DNA from: Fimbriimonadales bacterium
Lineage (GTDB): Bacteria > Armatimonadota > Fimbriimonadia > Fimbriimonadales > GBS-DC
NCBI GenBank assembly: GCA_026416065.1
Contig: JAOAFW010000296.1
Span: 1-29,788 of the forward strand
Reading direction: 5' to 3'
DNA: 29,788 nt
Positions 25,551-29,788 of this stretch are shown piece by piece. Position numbers and translations under genes: made by a program. The notes below the pieces were generated by a model that made no database searches, had not been told where the DNA came from, and was given only the letters and a program-made list of their open reading frames with translations. Every line of letters starts with the position of its first letter. Position 1 is the stretch's first letter.

Positions 25551-27245
25551 CTACTGGAGCTGGAAGCCGTAGATGGCTCCGCACACGCCGTTGCTTCCAG
25601 CACCCGATGGCGCCCAGCAGAGCGCGAGATCGCGACTTTGTTCGCCCGTGAACAGCCAGCAACTTCCGATTGAGGCGTTTACAGGGATTTGGGTGTTCAC
25701 AAAGCGATTCAGAGGGTTTATCCCAGTAATGAGCATCGTTTGCACGGAACCATCGGTCAATTGCGCCTGCAGGTAGAGATAGGACACATCCCGGTCTGCC
25801 CTTGCAAGACAACCCAACACCGCTCTCGATACGGTTGTCCCGTTGAAGAGGGGTTGCGGATACAGGGGCAACAAAGTGCCACGCCCGAGATCGAGACCAT
25901 ACAGTTGCCCACTTTGGGTTAGCACATAGCAAGCCCCCTGCCGCGCGTCGTAGACGGGGTTTGAGGCGGCAGGGCTATCCAGTGCATAATACCAGAGCCA
26001 TTTCGCGTTATCAGGGCGGTAAACTCCGAGTGTGTTGCCCGCAATAACCAGCAGAAATGGGTCGGAGAAGCCGATAAAGGCTACAGGTTGACGAGTCGCG
26101 TCCGGCATGCGCAGCCCTTGCAAGATAGGAATCGAACCCATGTAGATGTCGATTCGCCCGTCGGAGCGCCCCACCGCGAACACACTTTCGTACAACCCAC
26201 TCAGTGCGGTGACGGGCTGATTCGAGAACGCAACGACTTCGGTGAAGAGATGGGTTCCTGTATGAACCAGCCAGATCCGACTCTGTCGGTCTACGAAGCA
26301 AAGATGGTCGCCGACTTGGATAAAAGGCAGGTTGGGCTCAGGCGAAACACCATCCGGGAGGTTTAACGACTGCGCCGCTATGGAAGCACCGCCTTGTGCC
26401 TGAGCCAAGTTGAAAAACACCACCCGCCCCGACTGCGTGAGCAAATACCAGCGGTTGCCTATCAAGATTGCCTTAGAAGCAGGCGCGGGCATGCTAATCC
26501 GCGCTTCAGTGCTCACGTTGTTGGAGAAGGTGACGCTGGTGCTCAGTGGATTGGGGGTACGATAGAGTCGCAGCACCTGTCCATCCCAGCTAAGCCAGTA
26601 GAGTCTCCCCTGTATTAAGTACGGTTCGCCAACAATCCGGTGATTTGGTGGCGTGGAGGTCGCGGTATGCGTCCAGCGATTCACCTCAACCCCGACAGCG
26701 AGGTCTCGCTGGTAAGTAAGCGACGCCTGGCGTTGCGAGATTCCCAGCCAGTTCAGAAAGGCGCCGTCCGTGTTGCGGTTGCCGGGAGGACGCGCTCGCA
26801 GGAACAATCGTCGCGTTTCACCCGGCATCAGGGGCGAGGTCGCGCCGGTCAGCAGGTTGCCGTTGTTAAACCCCGAGCCATCTTCGCGCTGTTCCAACAG
26901 AGCGAAATTCCACGGACTCACATCGGCGCTCTCTGCAGATTTCAAGCGCAGCTGGAGCGCGTCGACTGCATTGCTACGATTAGTCAGCAACAGCGTGAAC
27001 CAGCCCTCGGATCCTGGAACGGTTTGTGCCGGTGGCGTCTCCAGCAGCACCCGCCACTGAATCACGGCGCCGACGGAAACGTCAGCCTGGTTAGACAGTG
27101 AAACTGACTGGTTATTGACTGTCGCGACTGCGCGAATCGAGAAGGTCGTTCCTGCCCACAGCATCCCGTCGGGCGTGCGCACAGGCTGGGCGACCCCTGC
27201 GCCAACTATCCCTGCCAGAAGCCCACAAAACCCTAAGTATCGCAT
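25551..27245 (-). CDS. Secreted protein with an N-terminal Ig-like beta domain and C-terminal beta-propeller-like repeats
   Basis: Signal peptide MRYLGFCGLLAGIVGAGVA; 'LWYYALDSPAASNPVYD...YVLTQSGQLYGLD' PQQ-like blades. Confidence 0.7.
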   Translation of the reverse strand: MRYLGFCGLLAGIVGAGVAQPVRTPDGMLWAGTTFSIRAVATVNNQSVSLSNQADVSVGAVIQWRVLLETPPAQTVPGSEGWFTLLLTNRSNAVDALQLRLKSAESADVSPWNFALLEQREDGSGFNNGNLLTGATSPLMPGETRRLFLRARPPGNRNTDGAFLNWLGISQRQASLTYQRDLAVGVEVNRWTHTATSTPPNHRIVGEPYLIQGRLYWLSWDGQVLRLYRTPNPLSTSVTFSNNVSTEARISMPAPASKAILIGNRWYLLTQSGRVVFFNLAQAQGGASIAAQSLNLPDGVSPEPNLPFIQVGDHLCFVDRQSRIWLVHTGTHLFTEVVAFSNQPVTALSGLYESVFAVGRSDGRIDIYMGSIPILQGLRMPDATRQPVAFIGFSDPFLLVIAGNTLGVYRPDNAKWLWYYALDSPAASNPVYDARQGACYVLTQSGQLYGLDLGRGTLLPLYPQPLFNGTTVSRAVLGCLARADRDVSYLYLQAQLTDGSVQTMLITGINPLNRFVNTQIPVNASIGSCWLFTGEQSRDLALCWAPSGAGSNGVCGAIYGFQLQ

Positions 27246-27420
27246 AGCCGTAGCCTACCAACAGCGGAATAAAGCGATAAAGTGAGAGAGCTTCGAGGCA
27301 CAAGGAAGCCTATCCTCCTTCAAGGAACCCAAAGGGTAATTGCCATGATTATACCCCACTTTTTGGATATCCCCTGCCAATTCTGCAAGCCAATTCCGCG
27401 AAAAGGTATACTATGGGTGC

Positions 27421-28917
27421 ATGGAAGCGTTTCTCAAACCCGAAATCACTTGGAGTGCGCTTGCGCCGATAGGTATCGTGGTCGCCACGGCGTTGTTGAC
27501 CTTGGTAGTAGAGCTGTTTTTGCCGCGCACTCAACGTACACCGCTGATCGTTGTGGGTCTGTTGGGCTTATCCATCGCTGCCTATTTTCAGTTCGCGGTG
27601 TGGCAAATTAGCGTGGTGACCTTTGGTGAGACGATTGTGTCCGATGCGCTGGGCACGATCCTGTGCCTTGCGATTTTAGGCGCAACCGCGCTCACGCTGC
27701 TGTTTTCCGAGGAGTATCTGCAGGCGCGCGGTTTGCGCTACGGCGAGTTCTACCCTCTGTTGCTGTTTGCCAGCGCGGGCGCGATGGCAATGGCGACCAC
27801 AACCAACATGATAGTGATGTTTATCGGGCTGGAGACGCTCTCTCTGTCGCTTTATGTGTTGTCGGGCTTGTCGCGCACGGAGGCGCGCTCCGAAGAGTCG
27901 GCTCTAAAGTATTTTTTGCTGGGAGCGTTCGCCTCAGCGTTTCTGCTGTATGGGATTGCGCTGCTCTACGGTGCACAGGGGAATGTAGATATCCGCTACC
28001 TTCCTGAAACCTGGGCGTCGGCGAAACAGGGCGACGCGTCTGTGGCGCTGTTGACAGCGAGTGTGGTGCTGTTGCTGATTGGGCTTGGGTTCAAAGCATC
28101 GCTGGTTCCATTCCACCTGTGGACGCCCGATGTGTATCAGGGCGCGCCGACCGTGGCAACCGCCTATATGTCGGCGGTGGTGAAAGTCGCTGCTTTTGGG
28201 GTGTTGATACGCTTAATGGTGAGCGTCGCACCGCTCTGGGAACTCTGGACGCCGCTGGTGTGGTGGCTGAGTGTGTTGTCGATGGTGGTGGGTAATGCGG
28301 CTGGGCTGATTCAGCGCGACGCCAAGCGGATGCTGGCATACTCCAGTGTCGCGCATGCCGGGTATCTCGCCATCGGACTGGTGAGCGCGAACGCAACGGG
28401 AGTTGCGGGCATGATTTACTATCTGGGCGCCTACAGCCTGATGACGGTGGGCGCGTTCGGCGTCCTTTCGCTGATGGCGCGGGCGGGGGACACAACCACT
28501 GTGGAGGCGTTGCAGGGGTTGTATCGGCGTAGCCCCTTCGCAGCGCACGCAATGGCGATCTTGATGCTCTCGCTGGCGGGCATCCCGCCCACAGCCGGGT
28601 TCTGGGGCAAATGGTATCTTTTTTTCGCGGCGATTGAAGCGAATCAAACACTCCTTGCACTCGTCTTGGCATTGACCAGTGTTATCGGCGCAGCGTACTA
28701 TCTACGCCTGACTTTCAGCCTGTACGCCGAACCGCGTGTCGCTACGGTGCCGTGGCGGGTTCCTGCCCCGATGGTCGCCTGCCTGCTGGCGTGCATCTTA
28801 GGGCTAATCGGGTTAGGGGTGTTGCCCGCCAGCCTCACCGACGCCGCAAAGGATGCGGCGCGTCAGGTTCAGGCAGAGACGGCTAACTCCGCGTTGCAGG
28901 CGGGTTTCAATCCGTGA
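27421..28917 (+). CDS. nuoN: NADH-quinone oxidoreductase subunit N
   Basis: E..LKYF.LGA..SA..LYG, FK....PFH.WTPDVYQGAP, KRMLAYSS.AHAGY and LAGIPPTAGF.GK motifs; about 14 TM segments. Confidence 0.95.
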   Translation: MEAFLKPEITWSALAPIGIVVATALLTLVVELFLPRTQRTPLIVVGLLGLSIAAYFQFAVWQISVVTFGETIVSDALGTILCLAILGATALTLLFSEEYLQARGLRYGEFYPLLLFASAGAMAMATTTNMIVMFIGLETLSLSLYVLSGLSRTEARSEESALKYFLLGAFASAFLLYGIALLYGAQGNVDIRYLPETWASAKQGDASVALLTASVVLLLIGLGFKASLVPFHLWTPDVYQGAPTVATAYMSAVVKVAAFGVLIRLMVSVAPLWELWTPLVWWLSVLSMVVGNAAGLIQRDAKRMLAYSSVAHAGYLAIGLVSANATGVAGMIYYLGAYSLMTVGAFGVLSLMARAGDTTTVEALQGLYRRSPFAAHAMAILMLSLAGIPPTAGFWGKWYLFFAAIEANQTLLALVLALTSVIGAAYYLRLTFSLYAEPRVATVPWRVPAPMVACLLACILGLIGLGVLPASLTDAAKDAARQVQAETANSALQAGFNP

Positions 28918-29756
28918 AGTGATCCCAGCCTGCGATGGCAAACGACTCGCGCCTGCCATCTGGGTGCTGGAGCCAGAGTTCACGCGCCTCAATCACTTCG
29001 CCGATAACGCTCAGAGGGACGCCCGTCTCCTGCGGGATCCGCTTTAGCATGTGCTGCGCCACCATCGGCGGCGCGGTGATGAGCAGCTCGTAATCCTCGC
29101 CCCCTGCAATTGCGAACTGCGCCGGGTCCAAGCCGCGCGCCTGCGCCCACTGGAGCGCAGCTGTGTGGACAGGAATTTGCGCCGGGTAGACGATTGCCCC
29201 TTTAGCGGATGCGCGGAGCAGCTTCGGCAGGTCGGCGGCAAGTCCGTCGCTGAGGTCCATCATCGCGGTTGCGCCGAGTTCTCGCGCCAACGCGCCCGCA
29301 GAGAGGCGCGGAACAGGGCGAAAGTGGGGCGTCAAATCAATGTCTTGTCCCCTGCTTGCCAGTAGAGACTCCAGTCCTGCCCGTGAGCCACCCAGTGCGC
29401 CCGTCACCAGAATCCAGTCCCTGACCTGCGCGCCGCGGCGTAGTACAGGGCATCCTTCTAACGTTCCCAACACGGAGACATCGATGACCATCTGCTCTGC
29501 CCGGTTCGTATCACCGCCGACAAGAGCGGTCTGAAAGGTACGGGCGCATTCCGTGAAGCCCTCCAAAAAAGCGTCCAGCCACTCGCCTGTATAGAGTGGG
29601 GGCAACGCGATGGAAAGCAGCGCACTTGCAGGTTCGCCGCCCATCGCCGCGATGTCGCTGAGGTTCACCGCCAGCGACTTCCAGCCCAGCGAACGCGCAT
29701 CAATCCAGTCCATGCGAAAATGCACGCCTTCAAGCAGGATGTCCACTGTCCAGAGA
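28907..29756 (-). CDS. thiL: Thiamine-monophosphate kinase, 5'-truncated at the contig end
   Basis: D.L.EGVHF, LG.KSLAVNLSDIAAMGG, LVGGDT, MMDLSDGL..DL and GGEDYELL motifs; the true start is missing. Confidence 0.93.
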
Positions 29757-29788
29757 CTGTCTCTTATACACATCTGACGCTGCCGACG
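29757..29788 (+). other. Nextera/Tn5 adapter read-through (technical artefact)
   Basis: CTGTCTCTTATACACATCTGACGCTGCCGACG is the Tn5 mosaic end plus Nextera adapter; it creates the false 'MCIRDS' N-terminus on the thiL ORF. Confidence 0.98.

Noticed and set aside
27367-27377. ATATCCCCTGC shared between the intergenic regions at 1125-1135 and 27367-27377
   Set aside because: A rough estimate gives about one chance 11-mer match among this much intergenic DNA, and its position relative to the promoters differs
29757-29773. ATG start 'MCIRDS' of the 288-aa thiL ORF
   Set aside because: It is the translation of the Nextera adapter; the gene is 5'-truncated
1-29788. CRISPR array, tRNA/rRNA, IS element, prophage or defence island
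   Set aside because: No regularly spaced repeats, cloverleaf or rRNA signatures, transposase, integrase or phage structural genes, and no obvious compositional break

Overview
A dense, GC-rich (roughly 60%, estimated by eye) chromosomal window with about 29 protein-coding genes, mostly housekeeping: pyrC, folP, an ftsB-like gene, a fadD-like ligase, rpsP-khpA-rimM, nfo, a YchF-like gene, dnaG, a sigma-70 factor, radC, an mtlD-like gene, an ABC exporter, a stand-alone nuoN and a 5'-truncated thiL. The C-terminal dockerin-like GDxNxDxxIDDADLLxVLFNFG motif together with DUF3084 suggests Armatimonadota (Fimbriimonadales-like); this is an inference. I found no tRNA, rRNA, CRISPR array, transposase or integrase, and no obvious large accessory island or defence system. 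The last 32 nt are Nextera adapter, not genome. The strongest leads are: (1) at least six genes with a -10 hexamer 5-10 nt before the ATG and no Shine-Dalgarno, suggesting frequent leaderless translation; (2) a 46-aa single-pass membrane ORF absent from the ORF track, coupled by an ATGA overlap to a YchF paralogue with degenerate G1, switch I and G3 motifs; (3) a divergent sigma factor in the dnaG-rpoD slot with His at the position of E. coli Q437; (4) a TPR protein ending in an NHLP/Os1348-like leader fold; (5) a secreted double-PPC protein with an atypical dockerin-like tag. All family assignments come from motif recognition by eye; no searches were run.
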